From: Epithemia pelagica
Taxonomy: Eukaryota; Protista; Bacillariophyta
Reading direction: 5' to 3'
DNA: 64,000 nt
NCBI GenBank assembly: GCA_946965045.2
Contig: OX337230.1
Location: 248,001 to 312,000 of the forward strand
Made by a program: the position numbers and the translations under genes. The notes beneath the pieces were generated by a model. The model ran no database searches and was not told where the DNA came from. It saw only the letters and a program-made list of their open reading frames with translations. This document shows, one piece after another, positions 54,046-64,000 of this stretch; position 1 is the stretch's first letter; each line of letters begins with the position of its first letter.

Positions 54046-55965
54046 CTATTGTGATTGGTGGTCGTCGTCTGGTACTCGTCGCACGGACAAGCGAGCGTGA
54101 GCAAGTTTGAGGGTCAAAAAGTAGTCGGGTTGTCCCGCTTGTTCCACCTCAAAGGCGTAGTGTCGAATGAGACGGGGCAAAACGGAGGAGAGTTCGGCCG
54201 TGGCCAAGGATTGGGCAATGCAATTCCGTGAACCCAAGGAAAAGGGCAAGAGATGGTGTTGCAAGTCCCTGTTGCTGGAGGAGGACGAACCTCCTCCCAA
54301 TCGATTAGAGGTCGTCGTCGTCGTAGGTTTCAATGTGTTGTTGTTGTTGTCGTTGTTTGAGGGCGCCCATCGTCCGGGACGAAATGTGTCAGCGTCCGAG
54401 CCAAAGTCCCGGGGATTGCGATGCAGTAACAATTGTGGCATGAGAATGGTGGATCCCTTGGGAATTCGAATCACCTTTGTTCTTTTGGGAGGTTGGTTAT
54501 TCGGTGTGGTGGAATTGCCTTCCTTTCCTTTGAATGTCGTCCTGCCGGTTCCATTCGGGAGAACGACGGGTTCTCCTCCCTCGTCCTCTGCCGTCACGTA
54601 CAAGTCATAGGCGAGGCATCGGGGATTGGGTCCCACGGCTGCCACTGGAAGCAAGCGAAAATTTTCCTTGAGCACGTACTGCAAATACGCACACCGAGAC
54701 CAGGCCGTGGCGGCGTCCGACAGGGACAATTGGTTGCCTTGGCGGTTGTCCCTGGCAACAGTGTCCTGGTGCTCGGCTGGTGGTGATTGGGCACGATTAT
54801 ACTCGTGTTCGGCCTGTCGGAGGGCGGCCCGCAATGTGTCTTGCACGTTGGTATGTTCGGCCAACAAGCACAAGACATTGCCGAGTGAATAGCCCGTGGT
54901 ATCGTATCCGGCCAACAAAAAGGTGACCATTTCTCCAATCCGTTCCGCATCCGTCAATGCGGCATGTTCGACCAAGAGTCTTAAGACGGACTGTGTCGTG
55001 AACGGTCCTTGATATTCATAATCTCCGGTTGTACTTGAAGTATGCCGTTGTCGAAAGGCGTCAAGCATGGTGTGACAAAACTGACGCAACCACCGGGCCG
55101 CCTCGTGCGCTTGTCGGACCGACGGAATGCACCATTCGGCCAGTCGGGTGGCCCGAAATTGGTTAAACAATTGCTTTTGCACAAATTCCTTGAGGGCCAG
55201 TTCCATATTGTGCAAGAATTCGGTGACTTGGTCCGACGACACGTTGTATTCAAAGGCGGCTTCACAAATGACTCGAGTGGTGAGACGCGTCATTTCCCGA
55301 GCCGGATCCAAGGTACCACCACCGTCCACCAGGGGTTCCAAGGTGGTGTGAATCCATGTTTCGACATGGCGACGACAAATGGTATTCATGCGATGCACTT
55401 GTCGCGAGGAAAAGGCCGGTGCCATGGCCTTGCGAATCAATTTCCAATAGGACGATTGCGTCAAGGCCCGACCAATACTCACCGTGTTGGAAATTTTGCC
55501 CTTGGTACCGGCCAACGCTCCAATCTTTTCACTCGTGGGATCCGTCAAGACGTGACGCGCCACGGCCGCCTGGGTCACGACCCAACAACCATGACGGACC
55601 AAGGGCATGTTCAAGGCAAACGCCGGTGGATAGTCGAGTCGTTGCCATTCGTCCATCAAAAACCAGGGCAATTGATTGGATCCAAATCGAGACAAGGTGG
55701 TCCACATGCTTTGATTCGATTGGGGCGCTCGAATCACTTGGTAGCCGTCGTCGTCATCATCATCAATACGGATGATAGGGGATGATGAAGGATGGTCCAG
55801 AAACCGGAGCAGCAGCCAGCCAGAAACCAGTGTGATGGAAATCACGGCCAGCCACATGGACCATGACGCATCGTAGTTGGGAAGTATCGTGCCGTCCACA
55901 GTACTTTCAGGAGTTGCTCGAAAAAAGTCCATCCAACTATCGTCCCAAAACGACGACGACGACAT
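54046..55965 (-). CDS. Cytochrome P450, paralogue of 48144-49799
   Basis: LAGYDTTG, ENFR, heme motif FSLGSRNCIA; shares TLEPLVD.GGTLDPAR.MTRLTTRVIC.AAFEY with the 48144 gene. Confidence 0.93.
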   Translation of the reverse strand: MSSSSFWDDSWMDFFRATPESTVDGTILPNYDASWSMWLAVISITLVSGWLLLRFLDHPSSSPIIRIDDDDDDGYQVIRAPQSNQSMWTTLSRFGSNQLPWFLMDEWQRLDYPPAFALNMPLVRHGCWVVTQAAVARHVLTDPTSEKIGALAGTKGKISNTVSIGRALTQSSYWKLIRKAMAPAFSSRQVHRMNTICRRHVETWIHTTLEPLVDGGGTLDPAREMTRLTTRVICEAAFEYNVSSDQVTEFLHNMELALKEFVQKQLFNQFRATRLAEWCIPSVRQAHEAARWLRQFCHTMLDAFRQRHTSSTTGDYEYQGPFTTQSVLRLLVEHAALTDAERIGEMVTFLLAGYDTTGYSLGNVLCLLAEHTNVQDTLRAALRQAEHEYNRAQSPPAEHQDTVARDNRQGNQLSLSDAATAWSRCAYLQYVLKENFRLLPVAAVGPNPRCLAYDLYVTAEDEGGEPVVLPNGTGRTTFKGKEGNSTTPNNQPPKRTKVIRIPKGSTILMPQLLLHRNPRDFGSDADTFRPGRWAPSNNDNNNNTLKPTTTTTSNRLGGGSSSSSNRDLQHHLLPFSLGSRNCIAQSLATAELSSVLPRLIRHYAFEVEQAGQPDYFLTLKLAHARLSVRRVPDDDHQSQ

Positions 55966-56588
55966 GGTGCATAAACAGGACTGGAGAGCGATGACAATGT
56001 CAACTGTGTTGTGGCCGAACGAGAGGATCATCCGGTTCCTATTGTAAACGCAATCACCGAGACCAAACTCGATTCAATCCTTGACTCCGAATAAACTGAT
56101 CAGCTCTACCGTAAAGTCTGTTGTTGCGTCTATTGTATTGAGGTTGACTGTGCCCAAACGAAAGATCCAATCGTTCTCGATGACATGGGACATGGATCTA
56201 ACATACGCGATCCAAAAGCGTTTAAAACAGACCACCTGACCTTCATCCGGTACCCGGATATACGCCGGGCGGTCTGCGCCTGTCCATTTTTCGCGGAATC
56301 GATCCCCCTCCATCTCCAACGAATCTGCACCGGCGGCAAGGACGACTGTTACTTGTTACACCTTGTACAGAAAAGACGACACAACTGGTGCCACTATTCA
56401 AACGAGCGCCTGAGAGTGTTGTCCAGTGGATCCTTCTCCAATTCTCTAGTAGAAATTCTTAACAATTCGTAGTTGAACGATTGATCCTGGCCTCCATGCA
56501 CCATGGCTATCACGGCGCAAAAGGAGCAGCGCAATTCAGTGCACCGCAGTACCATCCTCTCCAACTGCTTCTTTTTAGTATTGAACAT

Positions 56589-58811
56589 TTAGTCTTGAAA
56601 GAGTCCTCCTTCTCCAATGACCGTGGCACTGTTCAGGGCGGCTCCCAAGGCAATGGCTTGTTGCTTGTCCATGCCATTGTTGTCGACATAGAGTTTTTGA
56701 AGGCATTTTGCAGTATTCTTGGGCCACGTGACGAGGACCTTGTGAAACGCTTGGGCACCGGCATTGCCCATTCGATTGCCTTCCAAATACAACTTTTCCA
56801 ATACGGGCAAGTGCAAGACACAAGACGACGACGACAAGGACTGCTGCGAATGAATGGGAGACACGGCCCGTGCCAAGATCAGTGCCCCCGTGGGTCCAAT
56901 GTCGTTTTGACCCAAATACAGTTCCCGCAAATGACACACGTTTGTAGTAATAGTATTTCGAGTAGTGGTGTCATGGTGGTCGTCGTCCTTCTTGGATAGG
57001 ACCAAGAGGGCTTGAATTCCCTCATCGCCCAGAGCATTGCCTTCGAGGTACAATTTTTGCAACCACACCGATTCTTGCAACACCCTGGACAAGGCTGAGG
57101 CATCGGCCACCGTCAAGTCTGTGTAGCGCAAATCCAACACTGTCACGGCATGTCGTTGCACGTGTGGTACCAACCGCGACAAACCATGACTCAAGGCATT
57201 GCCCCCCAAATACAAGTGCAATGTCATGGAAAACGTCGTGCCATGGTTCGGGTCCGTCATGGCGTGGTCCGTGTCCGAGGACAATGGCAAGGACCATGTA
57301 TGCAACGTGGTTCGAGACTGGGCCACGGTTTCCAATACTTGTTCCAAATGGTCGAGGGGGAGATTGGTATTGGCCAAATTCAATGTCGTCAAGGATGGTG
57401 TTTGCAAGAGTGCGGGATGTACGAGTGCTCGTGCCAAGGACGGTTGCGTCCGTACCTTGTGCAACCGGGCACCAGCCAAGCCCAAGGTCACAATTCGTCC
57501 TTGTTCGTCAAAGGTGGCAATGGATTTCCAATACACGGGCATGGTATCATCGGTGGTTGTTGTTGTGTCGGCGGCGACTGTGGGCGGTGGCAAGGGAGGT
57601 GTACTGGCCACAGTACTGGTACCGGGCATGGTAATGCCCCAATCCTCGTCTTGGAGCAATCCACTTTGATTGTTCTTCTTGGTTGAAGGGAGTGAAGCAG
57701 GTTCGAGTTTGTCCTTCAACCCAGGGAGTTCCCGTCTCAGTGTCCGCAAGGCCGTCAAGGTATCCGCTTCCACGGGCGGCAACAAGTCAATGGGTTTGGG
57801 AATCCGTCTTCTTCTTGTGCCCAAAGGAGGAGGAGCCTCTTGTGAAGATGAGTCTGCTTGACGACGGCCAAACCATCCCACGACGGCTGCTCGTTCCGAA
57901 TGCGTCCACAAGACTTCATGCGGAATGAGTTGCGAACAAAAGAGGACCAAGGTACCACCGTTTGGTACCACATCGACAAAATTGGGCCATGGATGGTCAC
58001 CACCATTCACCACAAGGGAATCGCCTCCTCCATCGCGATACAATCGCAATTGTCCGCCCGCAACGACGGGACGGTCCGTGTTCGTGTTCGTTGTCGACAA
58101 GGAAGAAGAATCATTTAAATACAAGACAAAGGAATATTGTCGCCAGGAGGATACATTCGTATCGTCGGCTTGCGCATCGACATGTCGTTTGTAGTAGCCA
58201 TTGGGTGGATAATAGGCATACAAGAGTTCCATCAAACTCGTATCCAACGGTCCTTGGATACACGACGACACGGCAGGGTCAGCTGTAGTCGTACTAGTGC
58301 TTGTGGTGGTGGTGGACCAGTGCGTTTGCAATTGATTTTGCAACTCGTGCAATCCTTGAATCAAGGCCTCGCGTGCCGAATTGGACGGCAACGAGGGTGT
58401 AGGGCCACCCAGAGCAGGGTCACCACCACTGTCTTTTGCTTCTTCTTCTTGTGGTGATGATGCGGTCGAACGGGTGGTCAGATGCGTCAAGGAACAGGTT
58501 TCGGAATGTCGAATGTCCCGAAAGGCCAAGGATTTGCCGGTTGTGGTGGTTGCTGCTGCGGACATGCCGTCGTGTCCAATATCCGCCGTCCCAAACCACG
58601 ACGTGGGGTGATGGTCGTCCTTGTGGTTGTAGTGGTGATCCGGAGTCTTGGCTTCCTCGTGGGTCGTTGGTGGTGACGACGATTGTCGCAAGGTCCAAAA
58701 ATCACGTGCCACGGCCCGCCATTCGGGCCAAAACTGAGGAACCACGGTCCATCCAAACTGGGACAATTCCGACAAGGCTTGTTCGGACAATAACAAAGAG
58801 GACGAGGACAT
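56589..58811 (-). CDS. PHD/EGLN-like 2OG-Fe(II) dioxygenase fused to RI-type leucine-rich repeats
   Basis: YYKRHVDA (HxD), FVLYLN, GGQLRLY, IPHEV..RAAVVGWF; C-terminal LQKLYLEGNALGDEG, LRELYLGQNDIGPTG repeats. Confidence 0.88.
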   Translation of the reverse strand: MSSSSLLLSEQALSELSQFGWTVVPQFWPEWRAVARDFWTLRQSSSPPTTHEEAKTPDHHYNHKDDHHPTSWFGTADIGHDGMSAAATTTTGKSLAFRDIRHSETCSLTHLTTRSTASSPQEEEAKDSGGDPALGGPTPSLPSNSAREALIQGLHELQNQLQTHWSTTTTSTSTTTADPAVSSCIQGPLDTSLMELLYAYYPPNGYYKRHVDAQADDTNVSSWRQYSFVLYLNDSSSLSTTNTNTDRPVVAGGQLRLYRDGGGDSLVVNGGDHPWPNFVDVVPNGGTLVLFCSQLIPHEVLWTHSERAAVVGWFGRRQADSSSQEAPPPLGTRRRRIPKPIDLLPPVEADTLTALRTLRRELPGLKDKLEPASLPSTKKNNQSGLLQDEDWGITMPGTSTVASTPPLPPPTVAADTTTTTDDTMPVYWKSIATFDEQGRIVTLGLAGARLHKVRTQPSLARALVHPALLQTPSLTTLNLANTNLPLDHLEQVLETVAQSRTTLHTWSLPLSSDTDHAMTDPNHGTTFSMTLHLYLGGNALSHGLSRLVPHVQRHAVTVLDLRYTDLTVADASALSRVLQESVWLQKLYLEGNALGDEGIQALLVLSKKDDDHHDTTTRNTITTNVCHLRELYLGQNDIGPTGALILARAVSPIHSQQSLSSSSCVLHLPVLEKLYLEGNRMGNAGAQAFHKVLVTWPKNTAKCLQKLYVDNNGMDKQQAIALGAALNSATVIGEGGLFQD

Positions 58812-59320
58812 GATGAGTTCGATCCGCAACACTGATCCCTTCGTTGAGACACTGGAATCTGTTCTAAAGAAGAAGAAGAGAAACAACAATCCCCACAAAA
58901 GAGAAAGGATTGGATAACAAGGAACCAACCGAACACGCAACACGAATCCTGACAGAGAAAAATGAGGGGCAAGAGATCTTTCGACTTACGTGCAAAAAAA
59001 GGAGAGAGATTCGAACCTCCGACCTCCTCCCCAAAATGTGTGCCACCCCGAGGAGGAGCTCCCCCAGAGCTCAGCTCTCTGCTCTCTATACAAGCTGAGT
59101 TCAGAGTGTACATCAACGACGTAGGCCCCTGTAGAATTTGTACCAGAGGAGTAATCCTCGATAGCGTTTTGCGTTGTTTGTGTCCGACAAGCGACTTCCT
59201 AGTGGCTGAAATAAATATTTTATTAACTTTAGTGCTATGTGTGATTTCTTCCGAACGCTAGAATTTCGTCAAAAATTACGAAAAAGCAGTCGACTGTGTT
59301 GACCATGGCGGAGGGCCATC

Positions 59321-59409
59321 CCAACCGTTCGAGATGTTGCTGAGCTGCATCCAGGGGCCTTAGGGTGTTGTTTGACCACCACCAATGGGGCAACATCTCA
59401 AACGGTTGG
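59321..59409. repeat. 20-bp inverted repeat (1 mismatch) with 49-nt loop
   Basis: ccaaccgttcgagatgttgc (59321-59340) versus gcaacatctcaaacggttgg (59390-59409). Confidence 0.85.
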
Positions 59410-59867
59410 CATCATCCACAATAACATGATCATCGGACGCACCCCACACACGATAGTCTCGTACACAAACGAAGTTTTTCTGGGCGAACGCGAGATTGTC
59501 GAGTTTAGGAAGCACTTTTCACATAAGAGGCTTTATTAAATGGGCTATAGTAATTAGATTGCTGGCGTAGTTTACGTACATTTCCTACCAAGCGCTACGT
59601 CGTTGACATTCGGCTTGAACTCAGCTTGTAGCACTTCGAATCTCGGAGCTGTGGCGGCTGTTGTATAGGTGGGATGCATGGCAAGCCAGCAACTTCCGGT
59701 AATGGACTCAAAACGTACGAAATCTTCCTACTTCTCAGAGTATCGTCACGATAAAACAACCGTTTTCATATTGCGTTATCAACCACCAATAGCTCTGATA
59801 TGATTAGATACAGATTCTTTTGATATGAGGCAGGCATCCCGAGTCACGGATGTCGGGGGACATTGTA

Positions 59868-60170
59868 GATGTCGTTTGATGTCGTTTGATGTCTTTTGAT
59901 GTCGTTTGATGTCGTTTGATGTCGTTTGATGTCGTTTGATGTTTTTATCGCCAAAGAAGCTCTACTCTCCAGCAGTTGGTATTCTTCAACAGAAAACACA
60001 CGACTTCTTGACGACAGGCCCATCGCTGAATCAACTGAATGAGCACCGCTGGATTTTGACTCAAACCATGTTTCCGCGCGAGCCCGAAACGACATCAAAC
60101 GACATCAAACGACATCAAACAACATCAAACGACATCCCTCACGACATCAAACGACATCCCTCACGACATT
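59868..60170. repeat. Two head-to-head arrays of a 10-bp unit (gatgtcgttt / aaacgacatc) around a ~140-bp spacer
   Basis: 7 units at 59868-59937; about 6 units plus cctcacgacat variants at 60087-60170. Confidence 0.92.
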
Positions 60171-60520
60171 CCCGTTTGTTCCATACTAGAGAGATTGGGA
60201 AACCATACTCTATGGCTTCATTATACGTATTTTGTATTAATATCGATCCTTTGTCGAAGAAGTTCTTGGTCTTGTACTCTGGGTATTGCTAGCGGATATG
60301 GGACTCACGGGTAGTTACCGGAAGTTGCAGGGGGCTTTCAACTACCCCCAAGCGCCGGGTGAGTTATGAATCCCGCCTGAGTCGGAGAAAATGTGCATTC
60401 GTCTTCTCACCCCCACGGCGCGTCCTCCAAATTTGGCAATTTCTCGATCTTGATACAAAACCATTTTCACCTCCACGGTCTCAACACGGACCCAACCTTG
60501 TGTGACCAAGTGCACCAACC

Positions 60521-61872
60521 ATGGACCCTTCCACCCCAGTCCAAAGCTTTTCCCAGGAAACTAACACCATTGAAGAGCTATCTAGGGCGTCGCTGGTGCC
60601 TACACCGAACCACTTGGTGTCCACAGCCAACGTTCTATCTGCCCTCCGTCACCACAGCAACGAGGCCAGTGAAGCCCATGAAACAAACTCCCAAGACACC
60701 TCTATCCGCCCCATCCGACCCGCTTCCCCTTTTCCTATCAATAACCCTCATGCCTTACCCCTCCTGGAGCAGGCCATATTGCTTTCCTTTACCGACTGGC
60801 ATGGCAAAACAGCAAGGCCATGGCAAGTGAATGCTTGTGGAGAAGTGATCAAGCGGCACACTCTGCAACCTACCTTCCCTCCCATCCTACGTCCTCTGCT
60901 TCTTGTTCGCGCCACCGGCGGTGGGAAGTCCGCTGTACGAGACGTCGCTGGTTTCCTTTGTGGAGGGATTTCGATCACAATTGTCCCTTTGTTGAGCTTA
61001 GCGGCGGATCAGACGTCAAAGTTGACGCAACTGTCTCTCTCCCAAACCCTCCATCATTGCCTTCAAGTGTTCAATCTTGATGTAATCCGGTCTAAGAAGC
61101 TGAATACTGTTCTCCGCAACCATCTTGAGCAAATGACAAACACAGATGCATCGAAAAAACGCGTCTTCTTGTTCTCCTCCCCACAAAAAATAACCAGCAA
61201 CCCACAATGGCAGGAAACATTATCGCGCTGTTGCGACAATGGATCACTACGCTTGCTTGCGATCGACGAATGCCATCTCTATGCTAGCCATGGGATGGAG
61301 TTCAGAGCCGAATTTGGAGAGCTACGCAAGTGTTTATTCAAAACGCTTACACGACAATCAAAAATCCCCATACCAGTGCTCTTCATGACAGCTACGGCCT
61401 CGCCTGCAATGGTTGACGACTTGCAAACGCTGACTGGATTGCGGTTTGATGTCAAGGAAGACCTGATATGGCCGCATCGACATTCTGGCGTGCATCGTCG
61501 TAACATTTTTCTCGATATATCGTTCAAGGATACTGCCCTTCGACGGATCAAGGCCGAACTTGTCAACACATGCAAATCCACAACCACCCACAAGTTGATT
61601 GTTTATTCCAACTCTCGGAAGGCAATCCAGAACCTATACCACAAGTGTCGCGCGGAGCTCAATCGACTTGGAATCCAGAAAGACATAATCATGGTACACG
61701 GCACAATGTTTAGGGAACAAAAGTTCCACCACACGGACCTCTTTGTTGGGAAGCCATTGTTGGACGAGTCTCCTACGACATCTAAGGAAGGAACGGTACG
61801 CCAGTTTATGGCGGTTTAATTATCGATAAGAAAGCACCCCTAAGCGCATCCTACTAGAATCATCCGCGCGCA
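60521..61872 (+). pseudogene. RecQ-like SF2 helicase, truncated after a 62-nt intron (61796-61857)
   Basis: PWQ (Q motif), ATGGGKS (I), IVPLLSLAADQ (Ia), LLAIDECH (II), MTAT (III), LIVYSNS (IV); spliced NHPR then sequence degenerates before motifs V-VI. Confidence 0.8.
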
Positions 61873-61874
61873 GG

Positions 61875-62079
61875 ACACGCGCACACCTACAAGAACACGC
61901 GCACACCTACAAGAACATGCGCATGGCCCTTCCTCACGTTATTACTAAAAATGTGCTTTCCAGAACCAGCAAGCGCATGACCCACATTTCACCAACTTCA
62001 ACACCATGCACAGTCAAGAACCAATAGTCATCACATCCCTCCACCTTCATGCACAGTCAAGAACCAACAGTCATCACAT
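61875..62079 (+). repeat. Short direct repeats at the helicase break
   Basis: acacgcgcacacctacaaga x2 (61875-61914); catgcacagtcaagaaccaa.agtcatcacat x2 (62005, 62048). Confidence 0.8.
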
Positions 62080-62286
62080 ACCCTCCTATGTATGCACTCA
62101 TCCTTGATTGTGTCACATCACCATCATGCGCATTACTCCAGCATCAAGTGCAAGCAAGTTGAACACAGTGCATTTAACTAACACCATGCACACACTCCCA
62201 CTAACAACCAGCGAATGAATGGAACACAATACATGTAGCTATATAGGAGTAGTATATGAAATGAAACCAATTGTCACTCTGATCAA

Positions 62287-64000
62287 TCACTGCCATGACC
62301 GTTTTCGTGGCCTTTTAGAAGGCCTTGTCACAGCATCATCATCTGCATACCCCATTCGAGAGCGATATTGCCCATTGAGAAACATCATGAACCAGATACC
62401 ACGGTCGCCTGCTCTGTCTTCACGAGCGATTTTCTCTTCCATATCCTCAAAATAGTCCATACCATCCTCATTCATACATCGACTTGAGTTCCAACTGCCT
62501 GAATATTTGAAGCGAGGATACCTTGCTGAGGATGTATCAATCATTTGATCAACACCATTTTCATTGTACCACCTTGGATTTAATTCAAATAGTTTCGCCT
62601 TGAAAGTGGTCTTGCCCATGTGAGTCCACACATCCCAGCAATCCACAAGGATGGTCAATATGAACGCCTCGTCACTTGAAGTGAATAACTTCAAGGCCTT
62701 TTCGCAATGTTCCTTTCCCTGCTGCTCAGTGTGGTCACCAAAATTGAAATCAATCACGGTTTTATGCATATTCTCACCATAGACACATGGACCAAACAAT
62801 TGCAAGAGATATGAATAGGCATAGTTGTCACACTTCTCTCCTCTCAATAACAGAAATTCTTCCAGGGTAGGCATTGGCCCAAAGTCTTCACAGTCGTTCA
62901 AAAGGCATGGATACCTCCGCTGGAAATTACTGTCACGCCATAGATCAAGACCCACATGTTCTAGATTCAGCAACAAATTATCTCACATCTCTTTATGAGA
63001 AGACGACGTGATGAACCAACACATTCACTCTTCGATTGACACTTACTTATGAATGCTTTTCGCATGGAAGCCAGAACATTTGATCGTTTGCTTCGGAACT
63101 TGTCAAGCATATAAGGTGAATGTTCAATCCACCACTCCTCTTGTTGTTTTGCATCCGTAATACCTTTGCCTTTGAAATAGTGCTCAGTAAAATATGTTTT
63201 GCCATACTTCCCCCAAAGACCATTCGGATCTGCCTTAGTATCTTCGGACATGGAGAAATACTTGACATAACGCCATGCCACCTTCCGAACAAATGTATCA
63301 AAGAACTTCTCCGATACCACCTCAGGCTTTTTCTTCGGCTTTTGCTTCTTACTCTTGTCCTTTTCAACAGAACCTTTGTGTGTAGTGGATGTTACAATCG
63401 TACTTGTCGGGCAAGATGATTGATTATGGTATACTGTTGTTGTCTGTGTTTCCTGTGCCAACTGATTTTGAATATCGTCTTGTAGAAGAGTTTCCATCGC
63501 CTGATCAGGCCCTGTTGTTAGCAAAGTAGATGACGAAGATGACGACATATCCGAAAGGGAAGAAACGTCGTTAGCAAAGGTATCACCTGATGCATTCAAC
63601 CCACAAACACCCCCGTCATTAGAGCCGTCTCACCGACAAATTGTCCTCCTCCATTTTGTGCATCTAACAACTTACTGACAAGTCCTCCAGCAGGAAAATG
63701 TCTTTCATTAGGATCAAAATCATCTCCATCATACTCACTGGGTCCATTGCTCATATTCTGCAATGCTCGTTGCATTTCAGGTCCAGTGAGAATATTTACA
63801 CCGACGTCGTCTTCCTCCATGTTATTAACTGCCGTGTTTGTTGGTTGCGCAAAACCAGATGATGGTTGTGTTCTCAGCCCACCCTGTTCATTATTGCTAT
63901 CATCTGCTGAAGTCACATCGGCTCCATCTCTTTCTGAATTTGTTGCCTGCTCCAAAAGATTACCACTCCCTTCCACAGTTGTGCCTTCTTGTGCTTGTGC
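62287..64000 (-). CDS. Hypothetical multi-exon protein running off the window, probably element-associated
   Basis: GT-AG intron 62961-63046 joins AFI-K-HVGLDLW in frame; a probable 47-nt intron near 63590-63636 joins FV-G-DTF; TSSDEAFILTILVDCWDVW motif. Confidence 0.6.

Larger units (their letters stand above)
59260..64000. mobile_element. Putative helicase-bearing DNA element (AcademH-like?); boundaries uncertain
   Basis: Loss of host aac/gtc low-complexity texture, hairpin, inverted tandem arrays, RecQ-like ORF and convergent unknown ORF; no transposase motif or TSD seen. Confidence 0.4.

Noticed and set aside
59868-60170. CRISPR array or telomeric repeat
   Set aside because: Units are contiguous with no unique spacers, there are no cas genes, the context is eukaryotic, and the unit is not a TTAGGG-type repeat
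1-64000. tRNA, rRNA or other structured RNA genes
   Set aside because: None recognised by eye; a covariance-model scan (tRNAscan-SE, Infernal/Rfam) would be needed to exclude them

Overview
Eukaryotic, intron-poor genomic DNA, most likely from a pennate diatom. This is inferred from a plastid-targeting ASAFAP-like leader, short GT-AG introns, aac/gat/tca microsatellites and an Ambal-type retroelement. The window is a duplication- and decay-rich accessory region. (1) A full-length, intact APE-RT-RNaseH non-LTR retrotransposon (6166-13878, minus strand) has a perfect 20-bp target-site duplication and, unusually, a poly(T) rather than poly(A) sense-strand 3' tail. (2) Intact host genes: TMEM128-like, RBR E3 ligase, GH27 alpha-galactosidase, ABCB half-transporter, PPPDE/LRAT-like peptidase, LPA1, two cytochrome P450s, glucose-6-phosphate 1-epimerase and a PHD-like 2OG oxygenase-LRR fusion. 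(3) Many broken paralogues: four copies of an uncharacterised F-box-like family, three flavohemoglobins, two glycosyltransferase-like genes, a nonsense P450, an ABC remnant and an ankyrin pseudogene. (4) At the right end is a probable mobile module with head-to-head 10-bp repeat arrays, a hairpin, a truncated RecQ-like helicase and a convergent unknown gene. All calls come from reading motifs by eye; no searches were run.
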